Positions 56,049 to 64,000 of a stretch of DNA of 64,000 nucleotides are shown piece by piece; positions within the stretch are counted from its first letter, which is position 1; each line of letters starts with the position of its first letter. The stretch is from a bacterium (GTDB lineage: Bacteria; Patescibacteriota; Patescibacteriia; Patescibacteriales; GWE2-39-37): NCBI GenBank assembly GCA_037146995.1, contig JBAWWA010000007.1, forward strand, positions 22 through 64,021, read 5' to 3'. The notes under the pieces were generated by a model. That model was not told the origin of the DNA, made no database searches, and was given only the letters and a program-made list of their open reading frames with translations. A program made the position numbers and the translations under genes.

Positions 56049-57464
56049 TTATTCTGTCTCCCTGGATCGCAAAACAGCCCAAGGCGTTCTGATTAGGATT
56101 GACAAATCAAGTAATAAATTCCAATTTTCAATATAATAAGTATCTAGCTTTACCTCTTCCTCAAAAGATAGATCAGACCTGCCAGAAACTTGAGCAAGAC
56201 CGGATATTCCTGGCTTTATAGTTAAAACTTTTTTATGTGCTTGTTCATATTTTGCAACCTCTTCAGGCAAATGTGGCCTTGGTCCAACCAAACTCATGTC
56301 ACCACGTAAAACTAGAAAGAATTCCGAAAGCTCATCGATGCTCCAGCGCCTAATAAACCTGCCAATACGTGTCACTCTTGGGTCATCCTTTATCTTTACC
56401 AATGGAGAACCACCTCGCAAATCCTGCTCAGCCAACTCCCGATAACGCATACTATCAGTACCAGGACGCATAGACCTAAATTTGAAATAACGAAACAATT
56501 TCCCGCCCTGCCCGACTCGATACACAGGAGTTCCATCGTCTTTTTGCCCAAAAAATACCGGCCCCTTTGAGTCTAATTTAATCGCAATCGCCGCAAAAAT
56601 CGTAATTGGACTTGATAAAATAATTAAGAATAAAGATCCGAATATATCAAAAGCCCGCTTAACAATACGCCCCCACCCCTCAAGCGGGGTTTTTATCACC
56701 TCCACAATAGGTAAACCGGCAATTTCTTGTACATCAGTTTTTAAAACCTTAGCATCAAGTAGGTCGGCAACATAACGAAATATCAAATGATGTTCATAGG
56801 CAAAGTCATACATCCGCAGGGTTTCAGCCTTGGACATATTAGGATCAGCCTGAATTAACTCATCCAAATTTTTATTTTCTAGATATGCTCGTAGCTCTTG
56901 TGAAGTTTCAAGTGAAAAATCTTTCAGTCTTTTAACCACGTCAAAACCTTCTTTCTTCTCGGTCGAGAATTTTGTCATCAAGATGTCCGCACTTTTACTA
57001 TCACCAATAATTGCGATTTTGTGTACACCAATGCCTTGCACGAATAAATGACGTTGAAGTAAGCGCACTAAACCTCGAGCAAAAATTACATAAATAATGG
57101 CGAGTAGCCAGCCAGCTAAAACTATAAAGCGTGAAGAGAATAAATCACGCGAGAAAAAAATAATTACAACAATCAAGACAAGGCCAGTGGATGAGGCCGA
57201 AACAACTTCATACATTTCCTTGATTAAACTACGTGTGCCTCGCATTTTATAAAGACCAGCCAAAGCAAAAATTATGACCCAAAACAGACTAATAATAACT
57301 AAAATCTTTAAATAAGCACCGAATGGTAAGCTAAAAATAACAGGCCTGATTTCGGCAGTAAATTGCGAAAAACGAATATTATAAGCGGTCACACCGGCCG
57401 CAATAAACATCAAAAAATCTAGGGGTACTAATAAAAATGAAAAAAATAATTCAACGCGCTTCAT
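56049..57464 (-). CDS. polyprenyl-phosphate glycosyl-1-phosphate transferase (WbaP/EpsB-type priming enzyme)
   Basis: Four N-terminal TMs and a central domain. The C-terminal bacterial sugar transferase domain has KRAFDIFGSLFLIILSSP, MSLVGPRP and KPGISGLAQV. Confidence 0.9.
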   Translation of the reverse strand: MKRVELFFSFLLVPLDFLMFIAAGVTAYNIRFSQFTAEIRPVIFSLPFGAYLKILVIISLFWVIIFALAGLYKMRGTRSLIKEMYEVVSASSTGLVLIVVIIFFSRDLFSSRFIVLAGWLLAIIYVIFARGLVRLLQRHLFVQGIGVHKIAIIGDSKSADILMTKFSTEKKEGFDVVKRLKDFSLETSQELRAYLENKNLDELIQADPNMSKAETLRMYDFAYEHHLIFRYVADLLDAKVLKTDVQEIAGLPIVEVIKTPLEGWGRIVKRAFDIFGSLFLIILSSPITIFAAIAIKLDSKGPVFFGQKDDGTPVYRVGQGGKLFRYFKFRSMRPGTDSMRYRELAEQDLRGGSPLVKIKDDPRVTRIGRFIRRWSIDELSEFFLVLRGDMSLVGPRPHLPEEVAKYEQAHKKVLTIKPGISGLAQVSGRSDLSFEEEVKLDTYYIENWNLLLDLSILIRTPWAVLRSRETE

Positions 57465-57481
57465 AATTTTTGTAAATTCAT

Positions 57482-57878
57482 ATGATCAAGCTAAGCTATA
57501 AGCCGGATTCTGTATGCACCTTTTTGGCACACGATAATCATCTATCTGGGATAGCCGTTGCCGACTACCTCAAGCGAGCCACTTTTGATCAAGTTTGGTT
57601 TAGTAAACTTGCTTTGCTCTTGCTCCAGATGGGGTTTACCACGCAGCCAACTCACGTTGGCGCGAGTCATGTAGCATTGATTAGGAAATTTCTTATTAAT
57701 CAATACACCAAAACACTTTTCACCTTTCTTGAATGCTTTGCATTCAATAGTATAGTCTCTGTGGCACTTTCCGTAAGCTTACGCCTCGTGGCCGTTAGCC
57801 ACCATCATTTTTTCCGGAGTCCGGACTTTCCTCTTTATCCATTTTAGACAAAGCGATTATCCACTTACCTTGATCATA
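57482..57878 (-). ncRNA. rnpB: RNase P RNA, bacterial type A
   Basis: The minus strand carries the universal elements GAGGAAAGTCCGGACTCC (CR-I), GGTAAACCCCATCTGGAGCAAG and ACAGAATCCGGCTTATAG (CR-V). The P1 helix is GATCAAGGTAAG / CTTAGCTTGATC. Ends are approximate (+/-5 nt). Confidence 0.88.
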
Positions 57879-57899
57879 TAAAATTACAATCACCTCTAC

Positions 57900-57928
57900 A
57901 TATTACCCAAAAATGGCCAAAATGTCAA
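57900..57928 (-). promoter_or_regulatory. rnpB promoter TTGACA-17-TAATAT
   Basis: The minus strand reads gTTGACAttttggccatttttgggTAATATgtag, about 20 nt upstream of P1. Confidence 0.65.
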
Positions 57929-57977
57929 ACGAAATTAATACTTTTTGGCTAATTTTGGTCATTAATATTTAATATTA

Positions 57978-58006
57978 TTGACAATTATCACAAAATATGA
58001 TAATAT
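57978..58006 (+). promoter_or_regulatory. promoter TTGACA-17-(TGa)TAATAT for the 108-aa orphan gene
   Basis: Consensus -35, a 17-nt spacer and an extended -10. Confidence 0.65.
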
Positions 58007-58070
58007 ATATTATTAATTGGCACATTAAATATCAAATTCAACAAACCTAAAACGGAATGGAGGTTTAATT

Positions 58071-58397
58071 ATGTCAAAGGTATACGCAACAATAAACTCT
58101 GAAAATTGTAGTAATGGAACGAAGTGTTGCCAATACATGATTCCCTTAAAAACCACTGCCGCCTTGCCCATTGGAACTCCAATTTATAACCAGACACTTA
58201 TCAAGGAATTTCATTGTGCATTTCACGTGATAGGGATTGAATATTTCTCTGACAGTGATATTATTGGACTCTCAATTATATCGGACGGCGTAGATTATGC
58301 TAACCAAGATGACTACGAACAATACCTAAAAAGAATCGCAAAAATCGCAACAAAAAATAAATGGGGCAATTCCTATAAACTTACTGAGTTCAAATAA
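58071..58397 (+). CDS. hypothetical protein (108 aa), orphan transcription unit
   Basis: SD GGAGGT 8 nt upstream, with its own promoter and terminator. No family recognised. Confidence 0.55.
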   Translation: MSKVYATINSENCSNGTKCCQYMIPLKTTAALPIGTPIYNQTLIKEFHCAFHVIGIEYFSDSDIIGLSIISDGVDYANQDDYEQYLKRIAKIATKNKWGNSYKLTEFK

Positions 58398-58408
58398 GAA
58401 CTCATAAA

Positions 58409-58439
58409 AGGAGCGGACAAAATCCGCTTCTCTTTTTTT
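58409..58439. terminator. terminator between convergent genes
   Basis: GAGCGGA-CAAAA-TCCGCTTC followed by TCTTTTTTT. Confidence 0.65.
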
Positions 58440-59565
58440 ACAAAACTCCTTTTGAAATTTCTTTCCTTATCCTCTCCATGAGAACTAGATAAAATTCAAT
58501 ATTATTTAAAGTTGCTAAACGCAGACCAAGTGGTTCATTTATTTTGTAGAGATAGTTTAAATATCCTAGAGTATATTTTTTAAGCGCCGGAATTTTTGAT
58601 AGCGGATTAATAACCTGCTTACTGCTTGCAAATTTACTATTTGTAATATTAAGAGTTTTATAAAAATCTTTACTAGATAAATTTTTATTTTTTACAAAAT
58701 GAAAAAGACGACCATGACGACCTTCACGAGAAGGAATAACACAATCAAACATGTCTATACCCTGTTTAACCGCATAAACAATCTGCTCAGGATAACCAAC
58801 CCCCATCAAATATCTCGGTTTATTTTCTGGTAATAACGGCGTTAGCTCTGCCAATAACTTATTCATCTCACCACTAGTTTCACCAACTGCTAAACCACCA
58901 ATATTGTACCCGTCAAAATCTAGTGCAACCAATTCATTCAAGCTTTGCTTGCGCAATTCCAAATCTAAACCGCCTTGTATTACTGCATGTACCAGTGGTT
59001 TATTTTTTATTTTTTTAAATTCTTTTTTAGAACGCTCTGCCCACTTAGTGGTAATATCAACTGAATGTTTTAGCTCTTTTTCTGTTGCCGGCAAAGCTAC
59101 GCACTGATCAAGACATACTGCAATATCAACACCAAGATCAGCTTGAATTCTTAAAGCCTTTTCCGGTGTTAGCAAGTGTGTCGAGCCATCAATATAGGAT
59201 TTGAACTCAACCCCATTATCACCAATTTTTACGAGCGATTTACCTGAACGATTTTTGGTCCCAGAAAGACTAAAAATTTGAAAACCACCTGAGTCTGTCA
59301 AGATATTCCCTGACCAGTCACTAAATTTATGCAGGCCACCCATTTTTTTAACATGACTTGCCCCCGGACGAAGCATTAAATGATAAGTGTTGGACAAAAC
59401 TATCTGCGATCCCAACAAGCGAATTTCATCCATAGAAACATGCTTGAGCACCCCTTGAGTAGCAACTGGCATAAAAAATGGCGTATTTAAAATACCATGA
59501 GCCGTTTTGTATCTACCAAGTCGAGCAGCTGAGCGAGCTGATTTTTTAACCAATTTAAAACTCAT
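58438..59565 (-). CDS. tgt: tRNA-guanine transglycosylase (queuine/preQ1 tRNA-ribosyltransferase)
   Basis: Motifs FMPVATQG, LSNTYHL, LTDSGGFQ, GGLAVGE and YLMGVGYPEQ...GIDMFDCVIPSR. The C-terminal Zn-site residues are absent (see findings). Confidence 0.92.
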   Translation of the reverse strand: MSFKLVKKSARSAARLGRYKTAHGILNTPFFMPVATQGVLKHVSMDEIRLLGSQIVLSNTYHLMLRPGASHVKKMGGLHKFSDWSGNILTDSGGFQIFSLSGTKNRSGKSLVKIGDNGVEFKSYIDGSTHLLTPEKALRIQADLGVDIAVCLDQCVALPATEKELKHSVDITTKWAERSKKEFKKIKNKPLVHAVIQGGLDLELRKQSLNELVALDFDGYNIGGLAVGETSGEMNKLLAELTPLLPENKPRYLMGVGYPEQIVYAVKQGIDMFDCVIPSREGRHGRLFHFVKNKNLSSKDFYKTLNITNSKFASSKQVINPLSKIPALKKYTLGYLNYLYKINEPLGLRLATLNNIEFYLVLMERIRKEISKGVL

Positions 59566-59975
59566 CTTAAGATGCCTAATTGCTTATCAAGAGCTAAATT
59601 GACCAATGCATCTGCCTCTTTATTGTATTCACGACGCACATGACTAAAGGTTGTTTTTTTAAAGCTCATTCGAGCATTATATATTTTAACAAAAAGTGGA
59701 GCTAGTCCAGGATTTTTAACTTTGTAATTACCATTCAATTGCTCAACGACCAGCAAGCTATCTAAATAAAAATCAAGGTCTGTTGCGCCCAGCACCAAAG
59801 CCTTCTCCATGGCGGCAATTACGGCCTTATACTCGGCTACATTATTAGTAGCTTCGCCGATATATTCACTCACTTGAGCTACAAGCTCACCTGCTTCATT
59901 TTTTAAGGTAGCACCTATTCCAGCTGGGCCAGGATTACCACGAGCACCACCATCTGAATAAATAATTAACTTCAT
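59562..59975 (-). CDS. rnhA: ribonuclease HI family protein
   Basis: Motifs IYSDGGARGNPGPAG, NNVAEYKA, DSLLVV and NKEADALV (DEDD residues). Confidence 0.85.
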   Translation of the reverse strand: MKLIIYSDGGARGNPGPAGIGATLKNEAGELVAQVSEYIGEATNNVAEYKAVIAAMEKALVLGATDLDFYLDSLLVVEQLNGNYKVKNPGLAPLFVKIYNARMSFKKTTFSHVRREYNKEADALVNLALDKQLGILR

Positions 59976-61708
59976 AATACTTTTATATCGATAATTCTTA
60001 ATTGAACCTCTCTACGGCCATTAAATTCATTTATATCTAAATTATATGCCAGATCGATCATGGCACCAATTTTTAAATTTGGCCACTTGTCTGTAGCGTT
60101 AAAAGCAATAGCAGAATAAACGACCGACTTATCTTGCCGTATCTTTAGTTTTAGATGATTATTTTGTTGACCCATAAAATTTAAATCAACCAATTCAACC
60201 TTCAGGCTAGCAAATATTGGCTGAGGGTTTCCCTCGCCAAACGGCGAAAAGGCGTTAATTTTATTGATTAGATTTTCATCAATATCAACGAGTTTCAACG
60301 CCAAATCAATAACTAGGGTCGGTCCGACCAAGGTGCCACCAATTTTGTTTTTGCAATACTCTTGCAAGGTTAACATAAATTGCTCCAAATTTTCTTTACC
60401 ATTTATACTAAAACCGCAAGCCGCTTTGTGACCGCCATATTTAGATAAAAATTTATCGCACGCTTCTAGTGCCTCGATCAAATTAAAGTTCTCAACACTT
60501 CTTCCAGATCCTTTGTAATGGTTATTTTCTCCCGAGATTACAAGTGTCGGCTTGTGATTTCTCTCAGCTATTCTACCAGCTACCAAGCCGATAACGCCTT
60601 CATTCCAAACAGCGCCCTCAGGATTTACCGCAATAATAATTTTATGCAGACTTTCTGACTCAACAATATTCTTGTCTATATAATCAACCACTTCATCGGT
60701 AATTTTTTGACGCTCAAGATTATTATTGTTTAATGAATTAGCCAATCGTTGTGCCTCAAGCTCATCCGAACATGTAAGTAGCTCAAATGCAGCGTTGGCG
60801 TGTTCAACACGGCCAGCCGCATTTAATCGGGGCGCGATTTGAAAGCCCAAGTTCCAGGCATCAACCGGACGAGCTGAATTTATTTTTGATACTTTAATTA
60901 ATTCTCGTAAACCTAGTCGTTTATGATTATTAATGATTTCAAGTCCCTTTTTTACTAATATTCTATTTTCACCCGTCAATCTCACGCAATCAGCTACTGT
61001 GCCGATAGCTACCAAGTCAAGAATTCTATCCTCAAGTCTATTTTTCAAATCCAGATCAAGCTTTGTCTTTCTAATAATGGCAACGGCTAATTTTGCAGCC
61101 ACACCTACACCGGCTAGAAATTTATATGGATAGCCCTCATTCGGCATCATCGGATTAATGATCAAACAATCTGGCGTATCCTCAGCAGCTGGTGGCACAT
61201 GATGATCTGTTAGTAAAACTTTGAGATCCAGCGACTGCGCGAAGGAAATTTCTGACTTACTCCTAATACCATTATCAACGGTAATAATCAACTTGGTGCC
61301 TTTTAGCGCCAAGCCTTTTATCGCTTCAATATTCATGCCGTAGCCCTCTGTTACTCGGTCAGGAATATAAATAGAGACATCAGCTTTTAGCAATTTCAAA
61401 GTCTCATACAAGACTGACGAGGATGTTACGCCATCAGCATCATAATCACCGTAGATAACGATTGGTTGAGCTGATTTAATGCACGATATAACAAGAACCG
61501 TCGCCTCTTCCATTTTAGAAAACAAAAATGGATCCTCGGCGTTATGAGCATAAGAGGAATGAAAAAAAATATGAGCAGCTTCCGGTGTATTAATTTGTCG
61601 CCCAATTAATAAATTAGCAATCACTGGATGAAATTGAGAAAAACTTTGCAATTGCTCATCATTTATTTCAGTCTTAATCTTCCATTCTTTTGCAATTTTT
61701 ATATTCAT
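59972..61708 (-). CDS. recJ: single-stranded-DNA-specific exonuclease RecJ
   Basis: DHH motifs (YGDYDADGVTS, VDNG, LTDHH), DHHA1 (GGHKAACG) and a C-terminal OB-like domain. Confidence 0.92.
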   Translation of the reverse strand: MNIKIAKEWKIKTEINDEQLQSFSQFHPVIANLLIGRQINTPEAAHIFFHSSYAHNAEDPFLFSKMEEATVLVISCIKSAQPIVIYGDYDADGVTSSSVLYETLKLLKADVSIYIPDRVTEGYGMNIEAIKGLALKGTKLIITVDNGIRSKSEISFAQSLDLKVLLTDHHVPPAAEDTPDCLIINPMMPNEGYPYKFLAGVGVAAKLAVAIIRKTKLDLDLKNRLEDRILDLVAIGTVADCVRLTGENRILVKKGLEIINNHKRLGLRELIKVSKINSARPVDAWNLGFQIAPRLNAAGRVEHANAAFELLTCSDELEAQRLANSLNNNNLERQKITDEVVDYIDKNIVESESLHKIIIAVNPEGAVWNEGVIGLVAGRIAERNHKPTLVISGENNHYKGSGRSVENFNLIEALEACDKFLSKYGGHKAACGFSINGKENLEQFMLTLQEYCKNKIGGTLVGPTLVIDLALKLVDIDENLINKINAFSPFGEGNPQPIFASLKVELVDLNFMGQQNNHLKLKIRQDKSVVYSAIAFNATDKWPNLKIGAMIDLAYNLDINEFNGRREVQLRIIDIKVL

Positions 61709-61755
61709 TAATAAATATTTTATAATTATAAATAAGCCAAGCTATTTTTTTTAAG

Positions 61756-61872
61756 TTATTTCATAAAAACTAAAGATACCTCCCAAGCCAACATTGAAAA
61801 TATAACAAAAATACTGACAGCGGCCCAAATAATTTTTATAATTTTACGTTTCTTTTTAAATGTTAACGCCAT
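61756..61872 (-). CDS. possible 38-aa single-TM peptide coupled to the lepA stop
   Basis: My own translation is MALTFKKKRKIIKIIWAAVSIFVIFSMLAWEVSLVFMK. The ATG lies 2 nt after the lepA TAA. It is below the ORF-track cutoff. Confidence 0.3.
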   Translation of the reverse strand: MALTFKKKRKIIKIIWAAVSIFVIFSMLAWEVSLVFMK

Positions 61873-61874
61873 AC

Positions 61875-63665
61875 TTATCGTTTAAGAATTTTAATGAAAG
61901 TATCTGATGGAATATCTACGCTACCTTTACCCATAGCCATCATCTTCTTTTTACCCTTTTTTTGCTTATCCAGTAACTTGTTCTTTCTAGTGACGTCGCC
62001 ACCGTATAATTTGGCCGTAACATCCTTTCTCATTGCAGAAACTCTCTCAGCGGCTATTACCTTACCACCAATAGCCGCTTGCAATTTAATAACAAACATT
62101 TGATGCGGTAAAGTATCTTTTAATACATTAACAACTTCTGAGCCACGCCGATGAGCTTCATCTCTGTAAACAATGATCGAAAGCGCCTCGACAATTTCCT
62201 CAGCAACTAATATATCCATTCTCACCACATCAGCGGGCCTGTAATTTAAAAATTCATAATTGATAGAAGCATAGCCTGAACTGATGCTTTTTATCTTGTC
62301 ATAATAATCAGTCAAAATGGCTGACATTGGAATATCATAATGCAATACAGCCCTCTCAGTATCTAAATATTCGATATTTTTGTATATCCCTCTTTTTTCT
62401 TGAGTAAAATTCATAATCGAGCCAATCGTATCCTTGGGGGTCACGATATCCATCTTAACCCACGGCTCTTCGATTGATTTTATCTCCTGTACGGGCGGCA
62501 AGAGATGAGGACTAGTAACAATCACTTCATCACCAGCAGTACGATATACATAATAAGAAACACTGGGCACAGTAACAATGAGATCTAGATTAAACTCACG
62601 TCGCAGGCGTTCTTGAAATATCTCCAAATGAAGTAAACCCAAAAATCCACAACGAAAACCAAAACCCAGAGCTTGAGAATGTTCTGGTTCGTACACTAAG
62701 GCAGCATCATTTAATTTCAATCTCGATATCGCCTCTCTTAATACTTGAAACTCGTCTCCCTCTTTGGGGAAAATTCCTGCAAAAACCATAGGCTTTGCCT
62801 CTGTATAACCCTGAAGTGGTTCGACCTTGCCCAAATCTTTTTGCAGAATTACTGTATCGCCAACGCGGCATTCGGTTACATCTTTAAAGCCGGTCACAAT
62901 ATAACCAATATCGCCCGTTTCTAGCATACCAGTCGAAAAATAGTCAGGTTTAAAAATGCCCACATCTATAGCTTCTGATTTCGCACCCGTCGCCATGAGA
63001 TTAATTTTATCACCTTTACTTATCTTGCCATCTATAACTCGCACGTAGGCAACTACCCCTCGATATTCATCATAATTGGAGTCAAAAATTAGCGCCCTGG
63101 CAGGCTTTGAATCATCACCAGCTGGTTCAGGAATTTTGGCTATAATCTGATCGAGTATCTGCTCAACACCCGCACCTGTCTTGCCTGAGGCTGGAATAAT
63201 TTCGTCATCACGCGACCCCAGGAGTTTAGAAATCTCATTTTTTGTCTTGGCAATATTTGATGCTGGCAAATCAATCTTGTTAACCACAGGTATTATTTCA
63301 AGGTTTTGTTCAAAGGCCAAGTAAAGATTGGCCAAAGTTTGAGCCTGTATACCTTGTGTTGAATCAACTAAAAGTATAGCACCCTCGACCGCTGCAAGAC
63401 TTCGTGAAACCTCATAACTAAAATCAACATGACCAGGAGTATCAATCAAGTTAAATATATAATCCTTGTACTTCATGGTAACAGGCGCTAATTTGATCGT
63501 AATACCACGCTCCCGCTCTAGATCCATTTTATCCAAAACCTGATCTTTCATTTTTCTTTTGTCTACAGTGCCAGTTACCTCCAACATCCGATCCGCCAGC
63601 GTTGATTTACCATGATCGATATGAGCAATGATGCAAAAATTTCTGATTTTCTTCATATTAGCCAA
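61875..63665 (-). CDS. lepA: elongation factor 4 (LepA)
   Basis: G-domain motifs AHIDHGKST, DTPGH and NKID, plus the LepA-specific C-terminal domain. Confidence 0.97.
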   Translation of the reverse strand: MANMKKIRNFCIIAHIDHGKSTLADRMLEVTGTVDKRKMKDQVLDKMDLERERGITIKLAPVTMKYKDYIFNLIDTPGHVDFSYEVSRSLAAVEGAILLVDSTQGIQAQTLANLYLAFEQNLEIIPVVNKIDLPASNIAKTKNEISKLLGSRDDEIIPASGKTGAGVEQILDQIIAKIPEPAGDDSKPARALIFDSNYDEYRGVVAYVRVIDGKISKGDKINLMATGAKSEAIDVGIFKPDYFSTGMLETGDIGYIVTGFKDVTECRVGDTVILQKDLGKVEPLQGYTEAKPMVFAGIFPKEGDEFQVLREAISRLKLNDAALVYEPEHSQALGFGFRCGFLGLLHLEIFQERLRREFNLDLIVTVPSVSYYVYRTAGDEVIVTSPHLLPPVQEIKSIEEPWVKMDIVTPKDTIGSIMNFTQEKRGIYKNIEYLDTERAVLHYDIPMSAILTDYYDKIKSISSGYASINYEFLNYRPADVVRMDILVAEEIVEALSIIVYRDEAHRRGSEVVNVLKDTLPHQMFVIKLQAAIGGKVIAAERVSAMRKDVTAKLYGGDVTRKNKLLDKQKKGKKKMMAMGKGSVDIPSDTFIKILKR

Positions 63666-63723
63666 TTTTCTTGTTCTTTTTTAAACATAAAGCGAGAAAA
63701 ATTCTCGCTTCTTGGATTGATTT

Positions 63724-63752
63724 ATATTACTAATTTTAAAGAAAAATGTCAA
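63724..63752 (-). promoter_or_regulatory. lepA promoter TTGACA-17-TAATAT
   Basis: The minus strand reads TTGACAtttttctttaaaattagTAATAT. The leader contains the hairpin AGCGAGAA/TTCTCGCT (63691-63710). Confidence 0.55.
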
Positions 63753-63756
63753 CAAA

Positions 63757-64000
63757 TTATTTAACATTCAGTTTATAATATCTGTCAATAAATTCACTTA
63801 TTTCCCTTTTAATTTTATTTAACCGAGCGCTGCTTTGAACGCCAAAAATCTCCTCAACTTCAGTCATGCAAATGTGTTTTGTTAGCTCTAATAAATTTTC
63901 ATTTTCGTGAATATTGATCAATCTAAAGCTATTTCTATGTTTTAATATATTACCACCAACCAGCTCCCAATCGGTCAGATCCTCAACTAATCTTTTTAAA
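63757..64000 (-). CDS. C-terminal part of a hypothetical protein (start outside window)
   Basis: The open frame from the window edge reads ...LKRLVEDLTDWELVGGNILKHRNSFRLINIHENENLLELTKHICMTEVEEIFGVQSSARLNKIKREISEFIDRYYKLNVK*. It is absent from the track because no long Met-initiated ORF fits in the window. Confidence 0.4.
   Translation of the reverse strand, partial: LKRLVEDLTDWELVGGNILKHRNSFRLINIHENENLLELTKHICMTEVEEIFGVQSSARLNKIKREISEFIDRYYKLNVK

Noticed and set aside
57482-57847. 121-aa plus-strand ORF in the track
   Set aside because: It lies antisense to a sequence carrying all the universal RNase P RNA elements (GAGGAAAGTCCGG, ACAGAATCCGGCTTA, P1 pairing). It has no SD and odd composition. 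It is a shadow ORF of rnpB.
63691-63710. Hairpin AGCGAGAA/TTCTCGCT in the lepA leader as a possible attenuator or riboswitch
   Set aside because: It is a short single stem with an imperfect U tract. It is equally explained as the terminator of the upstream partial gene. There is nothing to distinguish these options from the sequence alone.
1-64000. Alternative genetic code (UGA recoding as in some candidate phyla)
   Set aside because: All conserved genes are full length under code 11. TGA functions as the stop in ATGA-coupled gene pairs (54944-54947, 59562-59565).

Overview
The window is an AT-rich, tightly packed chromosomal segment with about 70 protein genes, one tRNA and the RNase P RNA. 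All calls come from reading the sequence and ORF track by eye; no searches were run. The standard code 11 applies: long ORFs are intact and TGA acts as a stop in ATGA overlaps at 54944 and 59562. The gene content points to a small-genome, probably monoderm bacterium of the CPR/Patescibacteria type, but that assignment is inference only. Housekeeping genes include serS, gltX, clpB, def-fmt, tRNA-Glu, murG-ftsW-mraY, murA, rpmA, an Rrf2/IscU/Nfu/IscS Fe-S operon, tgt, rnhA, recJ, lepA, pyrH and rnpB. Two large envelope regions stand out. The first is a type IV pilus locus (22.1-34.1 kb): pilB-pilC-pilM-pilN-pilO-like genes followed by three pilin-like genes. One of those is a 1399-aa ORF that starts with a canonical prepilin signal and ends in a tandem beta-propeller-like repeat array. 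The second is surface-glycan machinery (41.7-57.5 kb): galU, four GT2 genes, a methyltransferase, an embedded secreted nuclease, rfbA/D/B without rfbC, two GT4 genes and a priming phosphoglycosyl transferase. Other notable items: a GT26(TagA/WecG)-RppH-like Nudix fusion ORF; a perfect CIRCE operator in front of clpB; a duplicated tRNA-Glu 3' end 183 bp downstream of the tRNA (att-like scar); a Tgt lacking all four zinc ligands; an L,D-transpeptidase translationally coupled inside the Fe-S operon; and several promoters placed so close to the ATG that the mRNAs look leaderless. I found no CRISPR array, no intact mobile element and no recognisable defence system. The best candidate for something new is the pilus locus with its pilin-adhesin megaprotein.
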